Source of the DNA: a virus
Lineage: Duplodnaviria > Caudoviricetes
Strand: one strand, 5' to 3'
Virus record (IMG/VR): IMGVR_UViG_3300032237_000117
Span: 1 to 39,210 of that record
Length of the DNA stretch: 39,210 nt
The notes under the pieces are model-generated. The model did not search any database and had not been told where the DNA came from. It saw nothing but the letters and a program-made list of their open reading frames with translations. Every line of letters begins with the position of its first letter. Position 1 is the first letter of the stretch. This document shows positions 1 to 8,851 of this stretch, one piece after another. Both the position numbers and the translations under genes were made by a program.

Positions 1-123
1 ACCTGTCGCTGCGGCTGGTGAAGCCTTTGTGAAAGTTGGCGCTGATAGTGCGCCAGAGTAACCTGAAGCAGTACCGCGAGCCATCAACATCATACGTTCT
101 TCCATAAGCATTGTTGCGTATAG
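1..123. repeat. 123-bp direct terminal repeat (copy 1); circular assembly overlap
   Basis: Bases 1-123 are identical to 39088-39210; the capsid ORF reads in frame through the join. Confidence 0.95.
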
Positions 124-768
124 GGTTGAAGTAGATGAAAGTTGGCGTAGATCCTGATATCCCAAACCAGAGAAGTTAGCATCAAAAGATACGCTGTCTG
201 ATAGTGAGTACGAGTTGTATGGCAATACTAAATCATCAGCAGCGTACGCAATCTTTGGACCACGTTCGTAGTTGATAGATCCAAACGCTGTTGTTGTTGA
301 CTCAGTGATACCTGGCCATGTGTTTCCTACGCCGCCTGTACCTGTACCTGTGTAGCCAGTAATACGCTTAACACGGTGTGAAGTACCAACGCCCTTTTTA
401 CGGGGAATACGGTTACGTAGTGGTGTTGGACGTGGTGTGAGCAACTTTGCAGGTGCTTCCAAGTCAAACGCCGCGAATGATGTTGAGAGTGGTGATGTAA
501 GGCTAATGTCTTTCTGAATATCCTGCATAGCAAGACGCTGTGCTGAAAGAGCATTGTTCAATCCTGCAAGTGCGTCTGGAGCAAGTGACTTGCTGATAGC
601 AAGTTGCTCAAGTGCCTGCATTGGATCTACTGCTGGTGCTTGTCCTGGAACAGATGATGAGCGTGAGAGTGACTTACCAAGTTCAGTTGTGAACTCGTCC
701 ATCTTCACTGCTGCATCCATTGCAGATGAGTCACCAAACAGATCGGTAGCGCGTGGCATTTCCGCCAT
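1..768 (-). CDS. Major capsid protein, N-terminal part (continues at 39087 down to 38188; about 555 aa in total)
   Basis: Not in the ORF track. ATG at 768 with SD AAAGGA; translates without a stop (MAEMPRATDLFG...FDLEAPAKLLTPRPTPLRNRIPR...MLMEERMMLMARG) into ORF 38188..39198; lies downstream of the prohead protease. Confidence 0.85.
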   Translation of the reverse strand, partial: MAEMPRATDLFGDSSAMDAAVKMDEFTTELGKSLSRSSSVPGQAPAVDPMQALEQLAISKSLAPDALAGLNNALSAQRLAMQDIQKDISLTSPLSTSFAAFDLEAPAKLLTPRPTPLRNRIPRKKGVGTSHRVKRITGYTGTGTGGVGNTWPGITESTTTAFGSINYERGPKIAYAADDLVLPYNSYSLSDSVSFDANFSGLGYQDLRQLSSTSTLYATMLMEERMMLMARGTASGYSGALSAPTFTKASPAAATG

Positions 769-794
769 TTTGGTTCCTTTCGGGTTGGAGTTGA

Positions 795-3401
795 TTACTT
801 GTTAAGGTCTTTGTCTGCTTCAGCGATGAACTTATCCGCTAGCAGTTTGTATCCCTTAGCAAGTGTTGGGTCTGTTGTTGCTGCTGCTTTCGCTTTGTAG
901 GTAGCCGCTTTGATTAGCAAATCATTTGAAGTTTCTCCAACTGGCTTTGCTGTTCTACGTGGACCACCAGCCACCGCGAGAGATTTGGCAATATTCAACT
1001 CTGCTTCTAAGCCCACTGCTTTCTCCTGCGCTGCCTCTTTTGCAGCGACAAGGGAAGCAATCTCTGACTTGAGTGCCTTTGTTGCGCTATCAACCACTTG
1101 CTCTACTATGGCTTCAATATCCGCTGACTTATCATCATCGGAATTCTCTTTTGTTTCTTCAGGTAGTTCCTGATCTTCAAGTTCTGTGACTTCAGCAGAC
1201 TTCATTGCGCCGTCTGGTGAAACCATTTCAGCGGTTGATACATCTGAACGCCCGTGTGAGTCTTGCGGTACTCCGCAGCCGCACTCTAAGCACTTGTGTG
1301 TTTCTTCAACCGCTTCTTCAACAACCGCTTCATCCTCTGAAACTACTGTTTCATCTGGATCTGCTTCTTTGTCTGTTGTATGACCTTTGCACATCTTGTC
1401 GCCGCAACCGCCTGCTTTGCTGCACTTCATACAGCCGTCGCACTTGCAGTCCATTGTTGATTTATCAGCGTCAGCCGACATTTCAATAGTCTCTTCAATC
1501 ACTTCTTCAGGCACTTCTCCCTCTGCTTTCTCCCCTTCGTACCAAGCAAAGAGGTGGTGGACGGCTTCTAGGAGATGAGCCAACGACATTTCTTCATTGT
1601 GATTTCCTTCAGCCATTTCATTTGCTTCAATAGAGATCAAGTTTGCTAGCGCTGTACGAGCCATGTCGTAAGTCTTTTGATCAAACTTCAATAAATCAGG
1701 CGCAATGTAAGACTTTGAAACCTCAATTAATTCTTTGGCTGTCGTCATATCAAACTCCATTTCCGTAATATCCGATTGTAATGATTTCTTTGTCTTGGCG
1801 CGATACTTTCCGCCGCGCTTTTTGTATTCTCTGACCACCCAAGAGTTAGCAACAGCAGACGGATATACGTCAAACTTTTCTTTTGCTTCAGCCTTGACGC
1901 GGTTATACAGATCCTTGTCTGCTGGCTCTGAGCGCTCGCCGCCTTCAAGCATACCTTCGTAGTCTTGCTCTTTTTTTGTAATGTCGCCCTTAACAGATTT
2001 ACCTACGCTTGATGATACGTCTTGTAATGTTTTGCTAACCGCTTGAAGTTTCTTTCCAACCGCTTTTTGAGCGTCATTTACGCCGCGATCAACAAGAGTG
2101 TCGCCCGCATTTTTAAGTTTTTTGGAAGCGTTACCAACTTGCTCTTTATACATACTGTCGTTTGGTGCGCGCTTAGCCGCAGCCAAACTGTCTTTTGCTG
2201 AACTAATATCCTCTTGGGCTTCTTGAGTTACATCCGCTGATCTTTCTTGAATTTTAGTGCGAGAAGTTTCACCGTCTCCTTGAACTTTCTCGTTAGCAGC
2301 GTGCATTTCATTTTCCGCTTCGCCTACTTGTTTTGCTGCTGCTGCCCGCGTCTCTTCATGCTGCTCCGCTGCGCCACCGCCACCTTTTTTGGGCGCATGA
2401 GCCGCTTGGCTACCATGACCAGGGTGCTTTACAATCTCAATAAGATCCTCTACTTGGATCAAACTTTCTTCACCTTCAGCAGACTTAGCCAACATCAACT
2501 GGCAGTTAGGGTTTGCTGGGCGATCAACGAGCGATACTTCAACAATTTGTCCGTCCACAATACGCCCGTTGGAAGCAGCCTTGTCGCGTGTTACGCGCGG
2601 GTTCTTGATACCAATACTAAATCCCTTGAGTACGCCTGTCTCAACCTTCTTGACTGATACAGGATCTACTACGAGTGCAGATATGTAATGTCCGTCTGCT
2701 TTTGACTCATATTCTTTGGCTACGCCTGCTGCGATAGATGAGTGTTGTTCACGAATGTTGCCGCCTGACTTAAACCAAGCAGGCATAGCGCGGTTCAACC
2801 AATCTGAGTCGCAGATCTGCTGGTCAATATCAATGCTGTCGTCTGTTGCTTTGCCGTAAACAGTAAGAGTTCCGTCTGAGTTACGATCCGCCTTTTCAAT
2901 CCCAAAGTATGATGTTGTTAGATCGGTCATTGTTGATTTCTCCTTGTTTTCTTGTTCACGTATAACTCGTTTAGCCCAAGCCCAACCAGCGTCTCCGCCC
3001 CAGAGCAACCAAGCGATATAACCAGCGCTGTCTTTGCCCCAGCCTTCACCCTTTTTATCCACCTCATGGCGAGCAAAAAAAGAATTCATACGCTTGAGCG
3101 TGTCTAATGATAGCGCTGCGCCGTTGGATAGATCCCGCGCGCGAGCAACACCAACTTCAGTTCCGCCTCTGTTGTACTTTGCTCTTAATTCTAATCCGCG
3201 CTTTGCGTTTGATCGTACTCCCTGCGGTGGTACAAATCCTGCACTTTTGCCGATTTCTGGTTCGTTAATATACAACGCTGCTAATTGCTTCTTGGCTGCG
3301 TCTTTTGTATCGTGGCAGCCCATTACTGTGCCGTCGCTATCCTTGACTACTGGATAACCCTTGCAGCCGTAACTACCCTGCTCGCCAATGTGATAAGGCA
3401 T
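795..3401 (-). CDS. Multi-domain HK97-type prohead protease/scaffold protein
   Basis: Central domain has REQH, GFSIG and EVSLVDRPANP motifs of caudoviral prohead serine proteases; acidic/coiled-coil C-terminus; directly upstream of the capsid gene; likely start MPYH at 3401. Confidence 0.85.
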   Translation of the reverse strand: MPYHIGEQGSYGCKGYPVVKDSDGTVMGCHDTKDAAKKQLAALYINEPEIGKSAGFVPPQGVRSNAKRGLELRAKYNRGGTEVGVARARDLSNGAALSLDTLKRMNSFFARHEVDKKGEGWGKDSAGYIAWLLWGGDAGWAWAKRVIREQENKEKSTMTDLTTSYFGIEKADRNSDGTLTVYGKATDDSIDIDQQICDSDWLNRAMPAWFKSGGNIREQHSSIAAGVAKEYESKADGHYISALVVDPVSVKKVETGVLKGFSIGIKNPRVTRDKAASNGRIVDGQIVEVSLVDRPANPNCQLMLAKSAEGEESLIQVEDLIEIVKHPGHGSQAAHAPKKGGGGAAEQHEETRAAAAKQVGEAENEMHAANEKVQGDGETSRTKIQERSADVTQEAQEDISSAKDSLAAAKRAPNDSMYKEQVGNASKKLKNAGDTLVDRGVNDAQKAVGKKLQAVSKTLQDVSSSVGKSVKGDITKKEQDYEGMLEGGERSEPADKDLYNRVKAEAKEKFDVYPSAVANSWVVREYKKRGGKYRAKTKKSLQSDITEMEFDMTTAKELIEVSKSYIAPDLLKFDQKTYDMARTALANLISIEANEMAEGNHNEEMSLAHLLEAVHHLFAWYEGEKAEGEVPEEVIEETIEMSADADKSTMDCKCDGCMKCSKAGGCGDKMCKGHTTDKEADPDETVVSEDEAVVEEAVEETHKCLECGCGVPQDSHGRSDVSTAEMVSPDGAMKSAEVTELEDQELPEETKENSDDDKSADIEAIVEQVVDSATKALKSEIASLVAAKEAAQEKAVGLEAELNIAKSLAVAGGPRRTAKPVGETSNDLLIKAATYKAKAAATTDPTLAKGYKLLADKFIAEADKDLNK

Positions 3402-3403
3402 GA

Positions 3404-3685
3404 TTACGCTGAGTAAGTCACAATACAAGCGCCAGCCGCTGTTTGAGCCGCTGATATTGCGTAAACCTTATCTCCGCCGTTAAGCCATAACTGGAATGAA
3501 CTTGTTGTAGCCATTGGTCGCCCAATAGTCGCACCTGAAGTCGTGATTGTTGTATCGCCAATGTAGATAGCGGATGAGTGATTGTTGTAAATTTGAACCG
3601 CAATATTACGTCCAACGCTAACGGGTATATCAGCAATCAAGGTTGCTGTTGTTTGAACTTGGGTGTTAAAGTGTTTTAGCGCCAT
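3404..3685 (-). CDS. Small beta-rich virion protein (possible head decoration/spike)
   Basis: 93 aa (MALKHFN...), Thr/Ala/Ile-rich beta pattern, located in the head module. Confidence 0.5.
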   Translation of the reverse strand: MALKHFNTQVQTTATLIADIPVSVGRNIAVQIYNNHSSAIYIGDTTITTSGATIGRPMATTSSFQLWLNGGDKVYAISAAQTAAGACIVTYSA

Positions 3686-3686
3686 G

Positions 3687-3866
3687 CTATTCCTCAATCC
3701 ATTCTATCTTGACGTGAGATAAGGCTTGCTCAAGAGATTTGCTTACATTATCAGAAAGTAACGATAAGCCGCGCCTGTTTGCTTCATCAACCGCTAATGG
3801 ATCGCCTTCTTTAGCCGTAGCAAATATGATTTCATCAGGAAGCGCTTTGTAATATATTGCCGTCAC
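3687..3866 (-). CDS. Small hypothetical protein coupled to the MuF gene (possible immunity protein)
   Basis: GTG start overlaps the TGA of the MuF gene (GTGA); 59 aa. Confidence 0.45.
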   Translation of the reverse strand: MTAIYYKALPDEIIFATAKEGDPLAVDEANRRGLSLLSDNVSKSLEQALSHVKIEWIEE

Positions 3867-5524
3867 CAGCCGAACTCCTTTGCCATAGCCTGAGTCAACG
3901 GATTTTCCGAAGTACCCTTTGAATATATCCAATCAGCAAAACACTCAGCGTAAGCCTCAGCCGCGTCTGATTTACCGTATGTGCTTAGATATTGTCTGCC
4001 TTCTTTTTTAATAACCGCCTTGATTGCGTCATCTGCCATTTGATAAGAAAGAGATCCCGCTGGGTTCGCTTCAATAGAATGACCCCATTCGTGTGAAAGC
4101 GTGTATTTGATAGCAGAGTAATCTTTGCCCACAGGCATAAAAAATTTGTCGGGATCTGGGTGAGCGCCGCCAAGTTTGGCTTCATGATTAATCCAGATCA
4201 TCGCGCGCGCATAACTGTTTGGACGACCCTGCCAGCGCATAGCGCAAGCCTCAGTAGCGCTTGGTCTAGCCTTGGCAAGAGAGATCATTGTGTCGTTATC
4301 AACCATAAGTATTAAATTTTGAATTGGTTTTACGGCTTGCATTTCATCTACGGCTTTTAATATATCCGCAACAGGCGTCTGGGCTTTTTTGTTCATAATT
4401 ACAACAGTGCCGCCGTTAGTGTAAACAACTTTGTTGGCTCGCTGCTGCGTTGTCTTGCCAAGAAAAGATAAATCAGAATTGACCATGTAGGTAGGATCTT
4501 TTTTAGCAAACTCGCTTGGGGATATGAACGTATTTCTCATTTGCTCAGTTTGAGATCTACGCTGCTCACGTAGCGCGTCAAGCGCCGCCGTACCTTCTTT
4601 TGGTTTACTCCACTTCCCAGGCTTGTGTTCCCAAGCGGTCTGAGGCGTGTAAGGCTTTTTAACTTCAGGTTTCACTTCAGGCTTTGGCGTAGGTACTGTT
4701 ACAACACCGTGTTCAGTAGGCGCAGCGTATTCACTAAAGTCTGGTAGCAGCGCACAGCGACAATGAGGGTGCGCTGGCGGCTGCATATTGCCTGACGGGA
4801 ATGACTCACCCAATTTAATTACAACGCCATTGTTTGGCGCGCAGATTTCGCAAGCAACAGATCCGCCTGCAACCGCTAGAACGGTCATCCACTTCATTGA
4901 CTCAACGCCAGCGTCTTTGTATCGTGTTACGGCTGCTACGTTTAATACGCGGCTTGTCTCTGTGATAGCAATAGTTAGCGCGCGAGCAGGATTACCCACC
5001 GCATTGTTAATAAGTTTTGCCGCGCTTGTTGGAGACAATCCCAGTTCAATACTGTCTGCGAGCGCCGTACCAATACGATCCATACTGGTCTTGTCCATAC
5101 CCTTGAGAGCAATACCCATATCGTCAAGGATCTTTTGAAACGCCTTTGGTTTGCGCAACATAAGCGCTGCAACCTTGTCGCCTGCTTTCCACTTTGACCA
5201 ATCAACCGTACCTTGTACGGCTTTCATAGCCTGTCGCCCTTCAAACAAGGCTTCCCCTGCTGCGTCATCGCCCAACACCCAAGCCTCAGCCCAAAGTCGG
5301 ATCAACGCTGTTGCTAATGCGTCATTGTTAAATCTAATGTTCATGATCGCCCATGCGCGCGCGCGAGCGCGGTCTTGGGTCATGTTGCCTGAAGCGTGAG
5401 GTTGGCTCAACTGATAGTCGTCAAACAATTGCTTTGCGTCTATTGACTGTCGCAGCGCCGCCCTGATCTTAACTGCGTTCTGTGCTGCAACGCGCCCATC
5501 AACTTCGTGAGCGCCCCATTTCAC
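3863..5524 (-). CDS. MuF/SPP1 gp7-like head morphogenesis protein with C-terminal HExxH zinc metallopeptidase domain
   Basis: IAITETSR, CEIC and PPAHPHCRC MuF motifs; C-terminal HEWGH...STYGKSDAAEAYAECF; follows the portal gene. Confidence 0.85.
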   Translation of the reverse strand: MKWGAHEVDGRVAAQNAVKIRAALRQSIDAKQLFDDYQLSQPHASGNMTQDRARARAWAIMNIRFNNDALATALIRLWAEAWVLGDDAAGEALFEGRQAMKAVQGTVDWSKWKAGDKVAALMLRKPKAFQKILDDMGIALKGMDKTSMDRIGTALADSIELGLSPTSAAKLINNAVGNPARALTIAITETSRVLNVAAVTRYKDAGVESMKWMTVLAVAGGSVACEICAPNNGVVIKLGESFPSGNMQPPAHPHCRCALLPDFSEYAAPTEHGVVTVPTPKPEVKPEVKKPYTPQTAWEHKPGKWSKPKEGTAALDALREQRRSQTEQMRNTFISPSEFAKKDPTYMVNSDLSFLGKTTQQRANKVVYTNGGTVVIMNKKAQTPVADILKAVDEMQAVKPIQNLILMVDNDTMISLAKARPSATEACAMRWQGRPNSYARAMIWINHEAKLGGAHPDPDKFFMPVGKDYSAIKYTLSHEWGHSIEANPAGSLSYQMADDAIKAVIKKEGRQYLSTYGKSDAAEAYAECFADWIYSKGTSENPLTQAMAKEFGW

Positions 5525-7353
5525 GTCAAATACGCTTTCGCAAGTGCTTTGGCTGTATCAAGATCCCCGTCAAACGCGCAACGATTAAGTGCTTCACCAA
5601 CAATAGGATCTAATGACTTGAATTCAAATAGTCGTGCGCGCTTGCCCTTGCTCGCCCATTTCATAAACGCCTTAACTTCTGAAACAGTCTCTTCAGCCGC
5701 TTGTTCATTTTCTACTTCAGGGGTAGTCGGTTTAACTGCACCTTCAACCGCTGCTTCAGGGCTGGCTTCAGTCGGATTTGTAGTTGGGGTTGCAGCGTTC
5801 ACTATTCCCTCTGGCGTGAACAGATACAAGCCGTTGCCGCTTACAAGTATTGGCATATCCGCTTGAGGTGTATCCAATAGCGGCAAGCCTAACTCCGAGC
5901 GATGCTCATTGACTGTCTTTGCTCCAGATGTAACTTCAATTTGAGATTTGCGAGCATTGGCTTCATTGTCCATACGCCGTGAGGTCATTAACTTAAATTC
6001 TAATTCACGCGGCATACCCAAGTATGTGTAGCAAAGATTTGTGAGCGACTTGTTAAGCCAGTTCACAAGCGGTTGAGATCCAAGCGCTTCTGCTGTTTCA
6101 GCGCGCCCTTCTTCAAATCCAGCGCCACCCAATCCAGCCTTTGGAGCAAAACCAATTTCATTAGGCTGCACTCCAAAGTGTCCGCAGATAGATGTGATCA
6201 AGTAATCGTCAAGCGTGTCCTTAAACTTTTCGCCGTATCCGTCCATACCGACAGGAGACAATCCTGAAGGAAGTAGGCGAGCGCGCTTGCGCTGTTCTGT
6301 CTGCCCCGCTAGATCATCATTGAGAATATTTTCATACGCGCGCAATAGATCAGGGTTTGTTCCCCACTCAGCATCGGTTGTGAACATAAGATCAGGCATA
6401 ACGCCGTCTGTGTACTCAGCGCGTATCCATTGTTGGCGACGCAAGTAAATATCAGCAAGCGGTAGTGATCGTTCAACAGGTGAGTATCCGTAAACGCTTG
6501 TTGTGCGTCGGTTACGCACTAGGTAAGCCAAATCGTCTGAAGTGAATTCGCCGTCAGCCTTTGGGTCATCATCGTTTGATGAAAACTCTGCGCGCGGGAA
6601 GCCGTAAAGGATCTGCTGATAAGCAACTTCAGGTGATACAGGGCGCATACCGCGATCATCTAGCATTGGTTTGATAGTTGATCCGTCAAGGATCTGAAAC
6701 CCGTATAAATCACCGCCTACGGTCTTTTGCGGCCATATAGCAAGCGCGTCAATAACAAGGATCTCTTCAAGTGCAATCATTAACCAGTCAGCAAAAGTCA
6801 ATCCATTCTGACGATCAGGGTTTTCCCAAAAGGTTCTAATGCGGTTAATTTCATCGCTAAATTCTTCACGCGCTTTAGCCATAGCCCTGACGTGATCGCC
6901 GCCTGAAGCGGCAACAATTTTTTCTGAAGCATCGGAAGCCAAAACAATATCCCACTCAAGTCCAGATACTTTTGATTTGCTTACTTCAACGCAGCGACGC
7001 AATATGTCTATCTGATCTGCTGCTGCACGTAAAGTTTTGAAAGGTGTGAGGCGTGTTTCAGTAATGTTAATGTTTTGCGCTACTTGATATTCGTAGCGAC
7101 GTGGGGCTGGTCTCCCCGTTGCAGGATCTACTGGGTTAATCGCACCTGGAGTGATCGGTAGTCCTGGACCAAACGGAACCATAGCCATTGAAGGGTTGCG
7201 CGGTAGTGGAGTGCTGTTTCCGTAGGATTGTCCTATTGCGCCGCCTATTGAATTGCGCATATCTTGTTCACTCATTGTTACAGATCCAGCGGGTAGCGCT
7301 CGCTTTTCAATCTGCGTTGCTATCTGTTGTGCGATACGGTCAATTAGACCCAT
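5521..7353 (-). CDS. Portal protein
   Basis: 610 aa; YGYSPVE and ICGHFGVQPNEIG motifs, C-terminal TVNEHRSELGLP; between terminase and MuF. Confidence 0.9.
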   Translation of the reverse strand: MGLIDRIAQQIATQIEKRALPAGSVTMSEQDMRNSIGGAIGQSYGNSTPLPRNPSMAMVPFGPGLPITPGAINPVDPATGRPAPRRYEYQVAQNINITETRLTPFKTLRAAADQIDILRRCVEVSKSKVSGLEWDIVLASDASEKIVAASGGDHVRAMAKAREEFSDEINRIRTFWENPDRQNGLTFADWLMIALEEILVIDALAIWPQKTVGGDLYGFQILDGSTIKPMLDDRGMRPVSPEVAYQQILYGFPRAEFSSNDDDPKADGEFTSDDLAYLVRNRRTTSVYGYSPVERSLPLADIYLRRQQWIRAEYTDGVMPDLMFTTDAEWGTNPDLLRAYENILNDDLAGQTEQRKRARLLPSGLSPVGMDGYGEKFKDTLDDYLITSICGHFGVQPNEIGFAPKAGLGGAGFEEGRAETAEALGSQPLVNWLNKSLTNLCYTYLGMPRELEFKLMTSRRMDNEANARKSQIEVTSGAKTVNEHRSELGLPLLDTPQADMPILVSGNGLYLFTPEGIVNAATPTTNPTEASPEAAVEGAVKPTTPEVENEQAAEETVSEVKAFMKWASKGKRARLFEFKSLDPIVGEALNRCAFDGDLDTAKALAKAYLT

Positions 7354-7382
7354 GGTATCTCCTTGTTAGCGCCCCTTGTAGT

Positions 7383-7484
7383 TCAGGCTTCGGTAATGGT
7401 ATCAGGGTGGTCAATTATTTCAACAATATTGTTATTTGGCTTTGACTCGTCATAACCACCAAGTCCATAAATTACTTCTTTCAT
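7383..7484 (-). CDS. 33-aa microprotein (MKEVIYGLGGYDESKPNNNIVEIIDHPDTITEA)
   Basis: Below the ORF track cutoff; ATG overlaps the TAA of the fibre gene and the ORF fills the gap before the portal. Confidence 0.55.
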   Translation of the reverse strand: MKEVIYGLGGYDESKPNNNIVEIIDHPDTITEA

Positions 7485-8497
7485 TAGGCCACCCTTACTG
7501 CTACACGGAATGATTTTTGAGAGTCAGCCAATGTGCCAGCCGTTGCGAATGCGCCAGTTACGCTGTCTTGAGAATACGCTGGCAAGCCGTTTCCACCTGC
7601 TGCCACTCGTGGATAAAGGTTGTTAGTTACCGCGATGGTATCTGTGATTCCATAGAAGTTAGGAGTAGTTGCAGCGGTTTGCATATTGAAAGCAAGCCAA
7701 TACCACCCAGCACTAACCGCTTGAGAAATTGTTACTGTGTACGCTGTAGCAGCGGCAGTACAAGATACAGTTCCACCATCAACCAATACCGTAGATGGCA
7801 CACCACCGTTATCGTTGTAGATACCTAATCGCACCACCGCTGTGCCTGCAAATGTATTGATTGTAATTATCTGTAATCTGTCTATTGTTATTGCGTTAGG
7901 AATGTAAATCGGGTTATAGATAGTGCGATTGACAGTTGCAGCAGTTGAAGCCGTAGCATTGATGTTTGAGTAATAACTGCTGGAACGAAATGGCAAGAAT
8001 TGAAACTTGGCTGCGCCAGTATCATAGGCAGTTTTCACACTGTTAGGCGTTGCCGCTGTTGTAGTTGATGTTGATGAAGTTGAGTCAGTCAGTTGTAATA
8101 CTCCAGCAGCGGAAGTTGAACCTGCTGATACTGAAAGATTTGCAGACGATGAAGTGCCAGCATTTGTGATTGGCGCATTAACCGCAATTACTCCAGAAGT
8201 GCCATTAGTTCCGTTAGTGCCGTCTGCACCTTTGATACCTTGTGGAATACCGAAGTTGAAAGTCGCTGCACTACTTGTACCTGAATTGTTTACTGTTGCC
8301 GATGAACCAGCAGCCAATGTAGTCGTAGTTCCGACAGCGATAGTTGCAGCAGATCCGTTTGTGCCGTTGGTTCCATTAGTGCCTGCGTCGCCTTTAGCGC
8401 CTTGTGGTCCAGGGCTAGCAACTTGGACATTGGTTACATCTGGAGTTACCGTGACGCTATTTGTAACAGGTTGAACGACAATTACATCGTTGCTCAT
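7484..8497 (-). CDS. Fibre protein with collagen-like GXY repeats and a phage tail-fibre repeat
   Basis: GPQGAKGDAGTNGTNGTNG repeats; GVLQLTDSTSSTSTTTAATPNSVK resembles the tail-fibre repeat; beta-rich C-terminal head. Confidence 0.75.
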   Translation of the reverse strand: MSNDVIVVQPVTNSVTVTPDVTNVQVASPGPQGAKGDAGTNGTNGTNGSAATIAVGTTTTLAAGSSATVNNSGTSSAATFNFGIPQGIKGADGTNGTNGTSGVIAVNAPITNAGTSSSANLSVSAGSTSAAGVLQLTDSTSSTSTTTAATPNSVKTAYDTGAAKFQFLPFRSSSYYSNINATASTAATVNRTIYNPIYIPNAITIDRLQIITINTFAGTAVVRLGIYNDNGGVPSTVLVDGGTVSCTAAATAYTVTISQAVSAGWYWLAFNMQTAATTPNFYGITDTIAVTNNLYPRVAAGGNGLPAYSQDSVTGAFATAGTLADSQKSFRVAVRVA

Positions 8498-8841
8498 CTA
8501 GTCACCTGTGGGGATACCGTGATTTGACCTTGAATAAGTCTGGTTACAATTCCAGATCCTGAAGTAATTTCAAGATCGTAGAAGTAAATACCTGCAATGA
8601 TTGCGGCTGTTTGAGCAGCGGTGGCGTGAACAGCGATCAAGCCTGTTGCACCTGTAATAACAATGCCGCTTGACGGGCTAGAAAGAGACAATACTGTCGT
8701 TAGATCCTCTGGCTCTGAGCGTAACTGCATAGCCGCTGTGTAGCCTGTTAAGTTGATTGCTACGTTGCTGCTGTCTTTGTAATAAAAGTTGATGTACCAA
8801 TCTGCGCCTTGGTCAATGGTTGTATTGTAATTAGTAGCCAC
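8494..8841 (-). CDS. Virion structural protein (BppU-N-like fibre adaptor)
   Basis: IDQGAD...NLTGYTAAMQLR...YFYDLEI...RLIQGQITVSPQVT pattern typical of fibre-associated adaptors. Confidence 0.6.
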   Translation of the reverse strand: MATNYNTTIDQGADWYINFYYKDSSNVAINLTGYTAAMQLRSEPEDLTTVLSLSSPSSGIVITGATGLIAVHATAAQTAAIIAGIYFYDLEITSGSGIVTRLIQGQITVSPQVTR

Positions 8842-8851
8842 TTAATCTCCT

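Noticed and set aside
1-123. Biological terminal repeat or LTR
   Set aside because: Falls in the middle of the capsid gene; typical assembler circular overlap
7484-8497. Diversity-generating retroelement target
   Set aside because: No reverse transcriptase and no template/variable repeat pair seen
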